Below the pieces are notes generated by a model, which was not told where the DNA came from, ran no database searches, and saw only the letters and a program-made list of their open reading frames with translations. Shown in pieces: positions 26,954 through 38,058 of a stretch of DNA of 64,000 bases. The DNA lies in NCBI GenBank assembly GCA_964362215.1, contig CAYIDJ010000002.1, forward strand, positions 911 through 64,910. The letters run 5' to 3'. The first letter of the stretch is position 1, and every line of letters begins with the position of its first letter. The translations under genes were made by a program, and so were the position numbers. Origin of the DNA: an uncultured Candidatus Saccharibacteria bacterium. Its GTDB lineage: Bacteria; Patescibacteriota; Minisyncoccia; UBA6257; XYB1-36-10.

Positions 26954-27238
26954 ATGATAAAGCCATTAGGAAATCGGGTGGTAATAGAGCCGGCGAAGGA
27001 GGAGGCGGCGACATCATCGGGAATTGTTTTGCCGGAGACGTCAGAGAAGAGGCCGGTAAAAGGGACGGTAATAGCGGTGGGGCCGGGAAAGCTTACCGAG
27101 AAGGGAGAACGTTTGCCGATGTCGGTTAAAGAGGGAGATAAAGTTATTTTCAGCGAGTACAGCACGACGGAATTTAAGGAAGGAGATAAAAAATATCTGG
27201 TGGTGCAGGAAGATGATATACTCGGAATTTTGGAGTAG
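26954..27238 (+). CDS. groES: co-chaperonin GroES
   Basis: MIKPLGNRVVIEP...GIVLPE...GTVIAVGPG... canonical GroES. Confidence 0.95.
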   Translation: MIKPLGNRVVIEPAKEEAATSSGIVLPETSEKRPVKGTVIAVGPGKLTEKGERLPMSVKEGDKVIFSEYSTTEFKEGDKKYLVVQEDDILGILE

Positions 27239-27300
27239 TACTCAAAAATTCCGGAATGACGAATTAATAATCAATAAATTACTAAATTTCTAATCAATAA

Positions 27301-28941
<1,641 letters not shown>

Positions 28942-29118
28942 AATTAGGAACTAGTGCCTAGTAAATGGTAACTAAGGAGAAAATAAAAACACTCTGGGAA
29001 ACCGGAGTGTTTTTTGCTTTTGATTTGTGGGAAAAAATGTTTTGTTGTATAATGACGTAGAGGGTTTTTACTATAGACAGCGGATGAGGAGGAAAATATA
29101 ATTAGGGTGTTTTAAATT

Positions 29119-29673
29119 ATGACAATTTTTTATATTGTCGGGGGAGTGGTGGCGGTAGTCGTAATATGGCTTATTGCCGCTTATAACGGCATGGTAAACT
29201 TGCGCAATCGGGCGGAGGAGGCGTTGTCTGACATTGACGTGCAATTGAAGCGCCGATTTGATTTAATTCCCAATTTGATTGAGGCGGTGAAGGGGTATAT
29301 GACGCACGAGCGGGAGGTGCTGGAAAAAGTAACGGTGGCGCGGGCGCAAGTGGCGGGAACGGGCGGAGACGCCTTGAAGAGGGAAAAACAGGAAAACGTT
29401 TTATCAGCGACGTTGAAGACGCTTTTCGCGGTGGCGGAGAATTATCCCGACCTTAAGGCGAATGCCAACTTTCTGGATTTACAGAGAGAGCTGGCGGACA
29501 CCGAAAATAAGATACAGGCGGCGCGGCGATTTTACAACACGACGGTGATGGAGTTTAACACACGGTTACAAACTTTCCCTAATAATACGATGGCGGGAAC
29601 TTTTGGTTTTGCCGATAAACAGTTTTTCACGGCGGAGGCGGCGGAAAAGGAAAATATAGCGGTGCAGTTTTAA
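29119..29673 (+). CDS. lemA: LemA family protein
   Basis: N-terminal transmembrane helix, then NGMVNLRNRAEEALSDIDVQLKRRFDLIPNLIE, the LemA signature. Confidence 0.85.
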   Translation: MTIFYIVGGVVAVVVIWLIAAYNGMVNLRNRAEEALSDIDVQLKRRFDLIPNLIEAVKGYMTHEREVLEKVTVARAQVAGTGGDALKREKQENVLSATLKTLFAVAENYPDLKANANFLDLQRELADTENKIQAARRFYNTTVMEFNTRLQTFPNNTMAGTFGFADKQFFTAEAAEKENIAVQF

Positions 29674-29690
29674 CATTTAATAAAAATAGA

Positions 29691-30149
29691 ATGACTCACT
29701 ATTTATCAAAGGAACGTTTGGCGGAGTTGCAGGCGGAATATCAGGAATTGGTTACAGGGCGGAGAATGGAGGTGGCGGATAGGTTAAAAAAAGCAAAGGA
29801 GTTCGGCGATTTGTCGGAAAACTCCGAGTATAACGAAGCCAAAGACGAGCAGTCGCAAGTGGAGCGGCGGATAATGGAGCTGGAGGATATATTAAAAAAC
29901 GCGGAGGTTATTACCAGAAGCGGCAAGCACGACGAGGTGAGTTTAGGGTCGGTGGTGGAGGTGGAGAAAGATGGCGGAATGAAAGCGGTTTATAACATTG
30001 TCGGGTCGCAGGAGGTTGACCCGGAGCAAGGTAAAATTTCCAACGAGTCGCCGGTGGGAGCGGCGCTAATGGGACACAAGGCGGGAGAGACAATTAAGGT
30101 AAGGACTCTTAAGGGAGAAGTTAATTACACTATTAAGTCAATTAAGTAG
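29691..30149 (+). CDS. greA: transcription elongation factor GreA
   Basis: LTKERLAELQAEYQEL...DLSENSEYNEAKDEQ N-terminal coiled coil and C-terminal FKBP-like domain. Confidence 0.9.
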   Translation: MTHYLSKERLAELQAEYQELVTGRRMEVADRLKKAKEFGDLSENSEYNEAKDEQSQVERRIMELEDILKNAEVITRSGKHDEVSLGSVVEVEKDGGMKAVYNIVGSQEVDPEQGKISNESPVGAALMGHKAGETIKVRTLKGEVNYTIKSIK

Positions 30150-30172
30150 GCGGCACAGAGGCCAGGAAAATT

Positions 30173-31621
30173 ATGCGCGAGGATATTATTCGTGACCGAA
30201 AAGAAAAACGGGAAAAACTCCAAAAGCTGGGGATTAATCCTTATCCGGCCAGGGTAAAGCGGACACATACAGTAGCGGAGGTGAAGGAAAGTTTCCAGAA
30301 GTTGGTGCAAGGAGGCAGTCCGGTTTTTATTGCCGGAAGAGTGCGGGGATTAAGAAAGCAGGGAGGAATAGTTTTTTTGGATGTGGAGGATGAGAGCGGG
30401 CGGATGCAGGCGGTAGCGAACGCGAAGACGACGGCGAATTTTAAAAAAATTGTCCCTAATTTAGACGGAGGTGATTTTGTGGCGGTGGGCGGAAAGTTAT
30501 TTACCACCAAGAGAGGAGAAAAAAGCGTAGAGGTGAAGAAGCTGGTTTTGCTTACCAAGAGTTTGAGGCCGCTGCCGGCGGATTACTATGGACTGGAAGA
30601 CACGGAGGTAAGATTGAGGCAAAGATACCTGGAAATGCTTATGAATCCGGAAGTGAGGCGGTTGTTTACCCGTAAAGCCAAGTTCTGGGCGACGATAAGG
30701 AGGGAATTGGCGGCGGCGGGGTTTACGGAGGTGGAGACAGGAGTGCTGGAGGCGATGCCGGGCGGAGCGGAAGCGGAGCCGTTTGTAACGCGCCACCGAG
30801 CGCTGGACGATGATTTTTATCTGCGCATTTCATTGGAAATCGCTTTGAAGAAGCTGATGGTGGGGGGGTGGGAGAAAATTTTTGAAATCGGACGAGTGTT
30901 TCGCAACGAGGGCATTGACGCGGAACATCTGCAGGACTATACCCAGATGGAGTTTTATTTGGCATACACGAATTATGAGGAGCTGATGGAGTTGGTAGAA
31001 AGAATGTATAAGAAAGTGATAAAGGAAACATTCGGGACGCTGATATTTGAATACAACGGAAAGAAAGTAAATTGGGGAAAGAAGTGGCCGAAAGTTGATT
31101 ATTTTGACATATTCAAAAAGAAGAGCGGCATTGATTTGAAGAAAGCGACAGAAGCAGAATTGAGGCGGAAGGCCGAGGCGTTGGGATTGAAGGTGGAGAG
31201 AGCGGCGGGGAAGGGACGAATCATAGACGCGATTTTTAAGAAGATGGCGAGGCCGACACTGGTGGAGCCGGTTATGCTGATTAATCCGCCGGTAGAGATA
31301 GAGCCGCTGGCCAAACGCCGACCGGAAGAGCTGAAACAGGTGGAGAGATTTCAGGTGATAGCGCACGGGACGGAACTGGGAAAGGGATTTTCGGAGGCCA
31401 ATGATCCGGTTGACCAGCGGGAGAGATTAGAGGAACAGGAGCGTCTAAGAGAAAAGGGAGACAAAGAAGCACAAAGATTGGATGAGGAATTTTTGACGGC
31501 GCTGGAATATGGAATGCCGCCGACGGCGGGGTTCGGAATGTCGGAGCGGCTATTCGCGGTTTTAGCGGGAAGGCCGATAAGAGAAACGGTTTTCTTTCCG
31601 CTAATGAAGAAAAAAGTTTAA
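30173..31621 (+). CDS. lysS: lysine--tRNA ligase (class II)
   Basis: OB-fold N-domain. Class II motifs 2 and 3 (FRNEGIDAEH..., GGAG...ERL). Confidence 0.9.
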   Translation: MREDIIRDRKEKREKLQKLGINPYPARVKRTHTVAEVKESFQKLVQGGSPVFIAGRVRGLRKQGGIVFLDVEDESGRMQAVANAKTTANFKKIVPNLDGGDFVAVGGKLFTTKRGEKSVEVKKLVLLTKSLRPLPADYYGLEDTEVRLRQRYLEMLMNPEVRRLFTRKAKFWATIRRELAAAGFTEVETGVLEAMPGGAEAEPFVTRHRALDDDFYLRISLEIALKKLMVGGWEKIFEIGRVFRNEGIDAEHLQDYTQMEFYLAYTNYEELMELVERMYKKVIKETFGTLIFEYNGKKVNWGKKWPKVDYFDIFKKKSGIDLKKATEAELRRKAEALGLKVERAAGKGRIIDAIFKKMARPTLVEPVMLINPPVEIEPLAKRRPEELKQVERFQVIAHGTELGKGFSEANDPVDQRERLEEQERLREKGDKEAQRLDEEFLTALEYGMPPTAGFGMSERLFAVLAGRPIRETVFFPLMKKKV

Positions 31622-31716
31622 AAATCAATCCGCCGTCCGCCAGTTGGCGGAGGCGGATAAAAATCAAAGTTGAAGTAATTTATTTCATAAATTTATATTT
31701 TTAATATTTTTAAAAT

Positions 31717-32949
31717 ATGCTGGATGTTGAGATAATAAGAAATAATTCGGAGATGGTGAAACAAAAACTGGCTTGGCGGGGAGTGCCAGAGATTCTGGTG
31801 GATGATTTTTTGGCGCACGATAAGGTCTGGCGGGAGGCGACGGCGGAGCGAGACGAGAAGCGGGCGTCCCAACGGGCATTAGGAGCCGATGAGAGAGAAA
31901 AGGCGCGGGCGATAAAAGAAGAAATTTTAACTTTAGAGAAGACGGCACAGGCGGAGGACGAAGCCAGGAGGGAGATTTTAGAGCGGTTGCCTAATTTGCC
32001 GGAAGACGGGGCGCCGGCGGGAAAGGATGAGAACGAAAACGTGGTGGTGCGAGAAGTGGGAGAAAAGCCGGAATTTAATTTTGAGCCGAAGGACCATATG
32101 GAGATAGGGGAGGCGCTTGGCATTATTGATACGGAGAGAGCGGCTAAGGTGGCGGGGACGCGGTTTGGTTATTTACTGGGAGAAGCGGCGCTGATGGAGT
32201 TTGCTTTGGTGAAAATGGTGATGGAGGAAGCAATGGCGGCCGGTTTTAAACCGGTAGTGCCGCCGGTAATGGTTAAGCCGGAGGTGATGAAGGGAATGGG
32301 GAAAGGCAGGTTTATAAAGGAAGAGGAGGCATTTTACCTGCCGGCGGATAATTTGTATTTAGTGGGAAGCGCGGAACACAGTTTAGGGCCGTTGCATATG
32401 AATGAGATTTTGCCGGCGGAGGAATTGCCGAGGCGGTATGTAGGGTTTTCCACAGCTTTTCGGCGGGAAGCCGGTTCTTACGGAAAAGACACGAAGGGAA
32501 TTATCCGCGTGCACCAGTTTGATAAAGTAGAGTTGTTTTCTTTCGTTCATCCGGAGGCCTCTAGCGAGGAACACCGGCTGATTTTGGGACTACAGGAGAA
32601 AATAGTAAGAAAATTGGGATTGCCGTATCGCGTGGTGGATATCTGCACGGGAGACATGACGTGGGGAGACAGACGGCAATTTGATATTGAGGTGTGGATG
32701 CCAAGTCAAAACTGTTACCGCGAGACGCACTCCTGTTCCAATACCGGCGATTATCAGGCGAGAGGAATAAAAGCCCGCTGGCGAGATAAAGAGGGAGTTA
32801 AATATCTTCACACTTTAAACGGCACGGGGATAGCGATTGGGCGGACGATAGCGGCTATTATTGAGAATAACCAACTGGCGGACGGAACAGTTAAGATACC
32901 GGGAGCGTTGCGTGATTATGTCGGCAAAGACACGATTCAGCGCGATTGA
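31717..32949 (+). CDS. serS: serine--tRNA ligase
   Basis: N-terminal coiled-coil arm. Class II core with FRREAGSYGKDTKGIIRVHQF. Confidence 0.9.
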   Translation: MLDVEIIRNNSEMVKQKLAWRGVPEILVDDFLAHDKVWREATAERDEKRASQRALGADEREKARAIKEEILTLEKTAQAEDEARREILERLPNLPEDGAPAGKDENENVVVREVGEKPEFNFEPKDHMEIGEALGIIDTERAAKVAGTRFGYLLGEAALMEFALVKMVMEEAMAAGFKPVVPPVMVKPEVMKGMGKGRFIKEEEAFYLPADNLYLVGSAEHSLGPLHMNEILPAEELPRRYVGFSTAFRREAGSYGKDTKGIIRVHQFDKVELFSFVHPEASSEEHRLILGLQEKIVRKLGLPYRVVDICTGDMTWGDRRQFDIEVWMPSQNCYRETHSCSNTGDYQARGIKARWRDKEGVKYLHTLNGTGIAIGRTIAAIIENNQLADGTVKIPGALRDYVGKDTIQRD

Positions 32950-34045
32950 TGCCATTGAGCCGCGGACGTGGGTGGAGATAAAGAAAGCGGCTTTGAGGCA
33001 TAACTATGACGCCGTTCGGCGGCGGCTGGCAAAAGGCGCACTTTTAATGGCAGTGGTGAAATCCAACGCTTACGGGCACGGGTTGACGGGCGCCGCGAAA
33101 ATTTTTAGTGAAGGCGGAGCGGAGTGGCTGGCGGTGGACGGTTTAGAAGAGGCAGCGGAACTTAAGGCGGCGGGAATAACGGCGCCGGTGATTGTGCTGG
33201 GGGCGACTTTACCGGAGAATTTCAGAGCGGCGGCGGCAATGGGAATAACTATCACCGTGTCAACGCGCGTTTGGCTGGAGGCGATAGCGCGGATGGCGAA
33301 GTCGCCAAAGTTTCATTTAAAAATTGATACCGGCATGCATCGGCAGGGTTTTTTGCCGCTGGAGATCGGGCGGGTTATTGAGATAATAAAAAGACAAAAG
33401 GGAGCGCGGGAAGCGTTAACGGGCATTTACACTCATTTCGCGGCGGCGAAAGATCCAATTTATCCTTACTTTACCGAGCAGCAGTTTGAAGAATTTATGA
33501 GGGTGGCGGAGTTGTTTAAGAGAGCGGGGTTTATTAATTTATTTCGGCACTGCGCGGCGAGCGCGGGCACGCTTTTGAATAAGAAATATCACTTGGACGG
33601 GGTGAGAGTGGGGATGGCGCTTTACGGTTATTTTCCGTCGCGGGAAATAGAAGCGGCTTTAGGAGAAGAAATAAAACTTAAGCCGGCGATGGATTGGAAA
33701 GCGGTGATTACCGAAGTGAAGGATGTTCCGGACGGCGCTTATGTGGGTTATGATCTGACGGAGAGGTTAAGGGGAAAAAGAAAGCTGGCGGTGGTGCCGG
33801 TCGGTTATTGGCACGGATTGCCGCGAACGCTTTCCAGTCGAGGCAGGTTTGTAGTTAAGGGTAAGCCAGTTAGAATAGTGGGAAGAGTAAGTATGGATAT
33901 GACGGTGATAGATGTGACGGGGATAGCAGTGGCGGTGGGAGACGAGGCGATTTTTGATATCCAGCATGGAATTGATACAAGTGAAATGATTCCTTATGAA
34001 TTTTTATCAAGAATAAATCCTTTAATAGAACGCCGATATATTTAG
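32918..34045 (+). CDS. alr: alanine racemase
   Basis: PLP site MAVVKSNAYGHG about 40 aa from the start. Start set at ATG 32918 (overlaps the serS end by 32 nt) by alignment logic with the TWAEID N-terminal region. Confidence 0.85.
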   Translation: MSAKTRFSAIDAIEPRTWVEIKKAALRHNYDAVRRRLAKGALLMAVVKSNAYGHGLTGAAKIFSEGGAEWLAVDGLEEAAELKAAGITAPVIVLGATLPENFRAAAAMGITITVSTRVWLEAIARMAKSPKFHLKIDTGMHRQGFLPLEIGRVIEIIKRQKGAREALTGIYTHFAAAKDPIYPYFTEQQFEEFMRVAELFKRAGFINLFRHCAASAGTLLNKKYHLDGVRVGMALYGYFPSREIEAALGEEIKLKPAMDWKAVITEVKDVPDGAYVGYDLTERLRGKRKLAVVPVGYWHGLPRTLSSRGRFVVKGKPVRIVGRVSMDMTVIDVTGIAVAVGDEAIFDIQHGIDTSEMIPYEFLSRINPLIERRYI

Positions 34046-34051
34046 ATAATT

Positions 34052-34786
34052 ATGGCGCAGAAACATGAATCAATAACGGAGAGGCGGTTATCACACCAAT
34101 TTAATAACCGGCGCCGGTTTTTGGCGGGAGCGGCGGTGGCGGCAGCCGCGTTGAGCTGGCTGATAATACACTACCAATTACTGGAAGTTAAGTCGGTATC
34201 GGTTAAGGGGGCAGGGGAGATAACAGCGGAGGCAATTATAAAACTCGCGGATATAAAATATATTTTTCAGACGGTTAAATGGAACGGAACATTACCTTTG
34301 GAAATTGAGGCAACCGAAATAAATAAAAATTATTGGACGAGGAAGGTGGTGATTGATGTTAGGAGCAGGGAGGAATATGGACAGTGGTGTAATTTTGGAG
34401 GAAGGGAGTGTTATTGGTTTGACCGGACGGGAGTGACGTTTAAAACAGCGCCGGCGGCGGGAGGGAAGATAGTGAGAGTAGTGACCGGACCGGAAGAAGT
34501 TAAACTGGGAGAAAAGATTATGCCGGAGCGGTTGTTCGCCAATTTAGTTAAATGGCTGGATGTTTTAGAGGAAGTAGAAGTGGCGGCGGGGAGGGTGGAG
34601 GTGGGAGAGGAGACGAGAGAGGAGGCGGTTATTCGTTTAGGGGTGGAAGAAGTGCCGGTTTATTTCAGTTTGCGGGACGAGCCGGCGGGCGTGAAGAGGG
34701 CGCTGGAGGCGTTGCGGGGTGATTTGGGGCGGTTGGAGTATATTGATTTGAGGAGTCCGAATAGGGTGTATTATAAGTATAGATAA
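34052..34786 (+). CDS. ftsQ: cell division protein FtsQ/DivIB-like (transmembrane helix + POTRA)
   Basis: N-terminal transmembrane helix. POTRA-like VSVKGAGEITAEAII. C-terminal ...IDLRSPNRVYYK. Confidence 0.5.
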   Translation: MAQKHESITERRLSHQFNNRRRFLAGAAVAAAALSWLIIHYQLLEVKSVSVKGAGEITAEAIIKLADIKYIFQTVKWNGTLPLEIEATEINKNYWTRKVVIDVRSREEYGQWCNFGGRECYWFDRTGVTFKTAPAAGGKIVRVVTGPEEVKLGEKIMPERLFANLVKWLDVLEEVEVAAGRVEVGEETREEAVIRLGVEEVPVYFSLRDEPAGVKRALEALRGDLGRLEYIDLRSPNRVYYKYR

Positions 34787-34821
34787 AGTATTAAGAGTAA
34801 GGAGAAGGGAATTGCGGCTTT

Positions 34822-35128
34822 TATATATTCCCCCACCACCATTCGCTCCGCTACTCGCTCAAAGCGAATAATATTCGCTCCGTTCTAATTTGGCTTATAA
34901 AATGACTGGTTCCCATTCCTCCCTCGATAGAACCTCGGGATTTTCCGACCAGTCATATTTATAGAAGCCAAATTGTTCATTCCGCTCATTTATCGCTTAT
35001 TAAGCTCGTAGAAGTCGCGAATAATGATGGGGAGAATATAAACTATTCTTCCTGGGGGAGAGGTTGGATGAGAATGTAGCCCGCCAAAATTTTTGCTTAC
35101 GCAAAAACTTAGGCGGGCTTTTGTTTAT
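34822..35128. repeat. composite long palindromic element, family D plus 3' module plus GCCCGCC hairpin
   Basis: Same block order as 22586-22878, with divergent outer stems. Ends GGGAGAGGTTGGATGAGAATGTAGCCCGCCAAAATTTTTGCTTACGCAAAAACTTAGGCGGGCTTTT. Confidence 0.7.
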
Positions 35129-35191
35129 ATGGGAAAATCGGAATTGAAAAAAAACAGCGCCGAGGGTTTGGGTTTTTTTAATGTTAGTTGG

Positions 35192-37120
35192 TTAGAGTTT
35201 GTAGATGAAGATGGAGGTGCCGGCGCGGTAGTCGGGAGGCGGGGGTTCGGCGAGGTTAACGGGTAAGCCGCGGGCGGTTTTTAGCCAGAGATACTCGTTT
35301 TCGGGAGCGCGGGCAAAGCCGGGAGCGGGGATGGCAGTGGCGGAAGCGAGAGTGTTGACGGAGACGGCCAGCCACTCAATTCCTTCTTCACGGGGATTGT
35401 TTTTTTCCGACCACCAAGGAACGAAGGCATTGCCGAGGCGATAAGAGGGAGAATCGCCGCCGAAGTAGTCAACGGCGATTTTGTCTATCCGGCGGCTATT
35501 TACAAAATCATCCAGGCGTTTTAGATCTTGTCCCCAGTCATAATTGGAATCGGTAACAACGCGATAGCCATTTAACGTACCTCCGCCGAGTTCATTGAAG
35601 TAGGAAAGGAAGAAAGGAGAGGTAACGGCGATGGTGATAGCGAGCCAGACGAGGAGAGCGCTTAAGGCGGTAAATTTAACAGCGAGACGGGAGAAAATAC
35701 CGACCAGAGAACGGAAACGGTTTAAGAATGAAACGGAGGAGAGATGATAAGGAAAAGAAACAATCCAGTTTTTAACGGAGCCGGCGGCGAGGATGTAGAG
35801 CATGGGAACAGTAGGTAAAATGTGGCGGACACCGATATTAAGCGGGCTGGTAATGCTGTAGCCCCAGTAAAAAACAACAAAGAGAATCAGAGAAAATTCA
35901 ATGAAATTTGTATGGAGGTATTCACCGAGAGTGAAGCCGCGGCGGGAGAAGGTGCGTTTCATTTTAATCAGTGCCAAGAGGAGGCCGGCCAGAATAAAAA
36001 TCAGGGAAGGAAGCGGTTCTTTAAGAAGGAAGATGACGGGAAAATAAGAGAGCCAGCCGGCGGCGGAGACTTCGCCTAAGAAGTAGCCGGTGTTGCCGGC
36101 GGCGGAGCGTTGAGAGACCATTAGGACGCCGAGCAGGTATTCACCCAGCGGCTGGGTCAGGCGGTGGCCGGAGAGAAATATATCAACATCAGCGAGGCAG
36201 CGCGCCGGACGGCAGGTTTGCCCGGCGGGAGTGGGGCCGCCAGCAAATGAGTTTAAACTGAAGACAGTATCACGGTGTTGGCGGGAGGTGGGGTAGCCGA
36301 TAGTAAATACAAAGTAAACGGCATAGATGACAACGGTTCCGATAAGGAAGACAGAAAGAAGTTGTCCCGCCTTTTTTAATTTTTCGCGAAAGAGGTAAAG
36401 AAGTTTTGTTTGGAGAGTAGTGTTTTTAAGGTTAACAGCGGCGTTGCGGATAAGGTGGACGGCAGTAATGATAATAAAGAACGGTATCAGGAGAACAACG
36501 GAGAATTTAAGAAGTTGGGCGAGGCCGAAAACGAGACCAGCAATAATTAAAGAGCGGCGATTAGGGCGTTCCAGAAAGTTAAGGAAAGCCCAAGAAGCGG
36601 CGAGGATACCCAGAGCGGCGCCGATGTCGGTGGTGACATAGTGGCCGTGAGCGAGGACGGTGGGAGAGAGAGATAAGAAGGCGGTGGGGAGAAGCGCCCA
36701 CCAGCGGCCGAGAAGACGGGAGGAAAGGCCATAGGTTATGATAATCAGAAGAAGAGTCAGAAGCATTGGGCCGAGGCGAGCGGAAAAGAGAATCTGGTCG
36801 GGATTATTTCCGGATTCAAAAAGGAATTGCGTGCCAGCGGTCCATTGGCCGTTAATGTCTTCCTGCCAGGAGGGGCGGTCGGAGGGGAAGTTGAGATTTA
36901 AAAAAAGAAGGGGAAGAGCGGAAATGACCTTAACGAGCGGAGGATGTTCGGGGTTAAGACGGTAATTAAAAAATTTTAGGTAGGAGTAGCCGGCGGGGAT
37001 ATGCGCCAGCTCATCCATAACAACAGAGTCGCTCGACGCGGCGGAGAGCATAAAAGAGAAAGAGACGGCGATAAGGGCGGCGACAAGGAACCAAGGAACG
37101 AAAGATCTGATTTTGTTCAT
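35192..37120 (-). CDS. GT-C family glycosyltransferase (PMT/ArnT-like, family 39/83-like) membrane protein
   Basis: About 12 transmembrane helices. N-terminal loop SDSVVMDELAH with the DE motif typical of GT-C enzymes. Confidence 0.6.
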   Translation of the reverse strand: MNKIRSFVPWFLVAALIAVSFSFMLSAASSDSVVMDELAHIPAGYSYLKFFNYRLNPEHPPLVKVISALPLLFLNLNFPSDRPSWQEDINGQWTAGTQFLFESGNNPDQILFSARLGPMLLTLLLIIITYGLSSRLLGRWWALLPTAFLSLSPTVLAHGHYVTTDIGAALGILAASWAFLNFLERPNRRSLIIAGLVFGLAQLLKFSVVLLIPFFIIITAVHLIRNAAVNLKNTTLQTKLLYLFREKLKKAGQLLSVFLIGTVVIYAVYFVFTIGYPTSRQHRDTVFSLNSFAGGPTPAGQTCRPARCLADVDIFLSGHRLTQPLGEYLLGVLMVSQRSAAGNTGYFLGEVSAAGWLSYFPVIFLLKEPLPSLIFILAGLLLALIKMKRTFSRRGFTLGEYLHTNFIEFSLILFVVFYWGYSITSPLNIGVRHILPTVPMLYILAAGSVKNWIVSFPYHLSSVSFLNRFRSLVGIFSRLAVKFTALSALLVWLAITIAVTSPFFLSYFNELGGGTLNGYRVVTDSNYDWGQDLKRLDDFVNSRRIDKIAVDYFGGDSPSYRLGNAFVPWWSEKNNPREEGIEWLAVSVNTLASATAIPAPGFARAPENEYLWLKTARGLPVNLAEPPPPDYRAGTSIFIYKL

Positions 37121-37183
37121 AGCGCGATTTTTTAAAAAAGGATATACTCTGGTTACTTATTATTATAGGCCATAAAGAGACAG

Positions 37184-37768
37184 ATGTTATTCACAAGAAG
37201 GAGTTTTGAGCCGCGAGCAACGGTGAGGTTGGCGAGGGAATTGCTGGGAAAGGTTTTAGTTCGCCGGATAGGACGGAAAGAAATACGGGCGGTAATTACG
37301 GAGACGGAGGCGTATCACGGGCTGAAAGACAAAGCCAGCCACGCGGCGAGAGGAAAGACGAAGCGGAACGCGCCGATGTGGGGAGCGGCCGGACACTGGT
37401 ATGTTTATTTTGTTTACGGAAATCACTGGATGCTTAACTTGGTGACGGGACCGGAAGAATACCCGGCCGCGATTTTAATAAGGGGAATTTCAAAAATTAA
37501 AAATCAAAAATCAAAATTTAGGAGGTCTGCTTCGCAGACTTTAATTAAAAATAAAGACGGTGTAGTCAGTGGGCCGGGGAGGGTGGCGAAGTTTTTGAAA
37601 ATTGACGGGAGTTTGAGCGGGCGGCCGGCAAGCCGGAAGACGGGACTATGGATTGAGGACGGAGGAGAAAAAATAAAGCCGTCGCGGATTAAGGCAGCGG
37701 CGAGAGTGGGGGTCAATTACGCGGGGAAGGAGTGGGCAGGGAAGAAGTGGAGGTTTAAATTACTTTAA
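37184..37768 (+). CDS. mpg: DNA-3-methyladenine glycosylase (Mpg/AAG family)
   Basis: ITETEAYHGLKDKASHAARGKTKRNAPMWGAAGHWYVYFVYGNHWMLNLVTG matches Mpg family blocks. Confidence 0.85.
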   Translation: MLFTRRSFEPRATVRLARELLGKVLVRRIGRKEIRAVITETEAYHGLKDKASHAARGKTKRNAPMWGAAGHWYVYFVYGNHWMLNLVTGPEEYPAAILIRGISKIKNQKSKFRRSASQTLIKNKDGVVSGPGRVAKFLKIDGSLSGRPASRKTGLWIEDGGEKIKPSRIKAAARVGVNYAGKEWAGKKWRFKLL

Positions 37769-37770
37769 TA

Positions 37771-37856
37771 TTATCCACTTATAAAACATATGTTTTATAA
37801 GTGGATAGGTTGGGTGTGGTTACTATAATTTTTCCACGGTCGTTGGAAAATTATAG
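37771..37856. repeat. pair of perfect palindromes immediately after mpg stop: TTATCCACTTATAAAACATATGTTTTATAAGTGGATA and CTATAATTTTTCCACGGTCGTTGGAAAATTATAG
   Basis: Both recur after the rnhA stop at 46231-46309, with the spacer between them conserved in layout. Confidence 0.65.
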
Positions 37857-37900
37857 TTGATATAAAAATTGTAGAATTTTTAGTAAATAAAAAAAGGGTG

Positions 37901-37975
37901 GTCGAGGTAACAATATATGGGCGAATAAATTCGCCATATGGGCGAATAAATTCGCCCCTCAAAGAGCTCCGTCGA
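37901..37975. repeat. tandem 21-bp unit (CATATGGGCGAATAAATTCGC x2) nested in GGGTGGTCGA / TCGACCACCC and CTCAAAGAGCT / AGCTCTTTGAG inverted repeats upstream of ychF
   Basis: Visible directly. Probable regulatory region. Confidence 0.5.
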
Positions 37976-38058
37976 CCACCCAAGATAGCTCTTTGAGTAT
38001 CTGGTTGTAATTATACTCCTATTTTTATTTTTTGTCAACAGGGAGTATATTAAAACCT

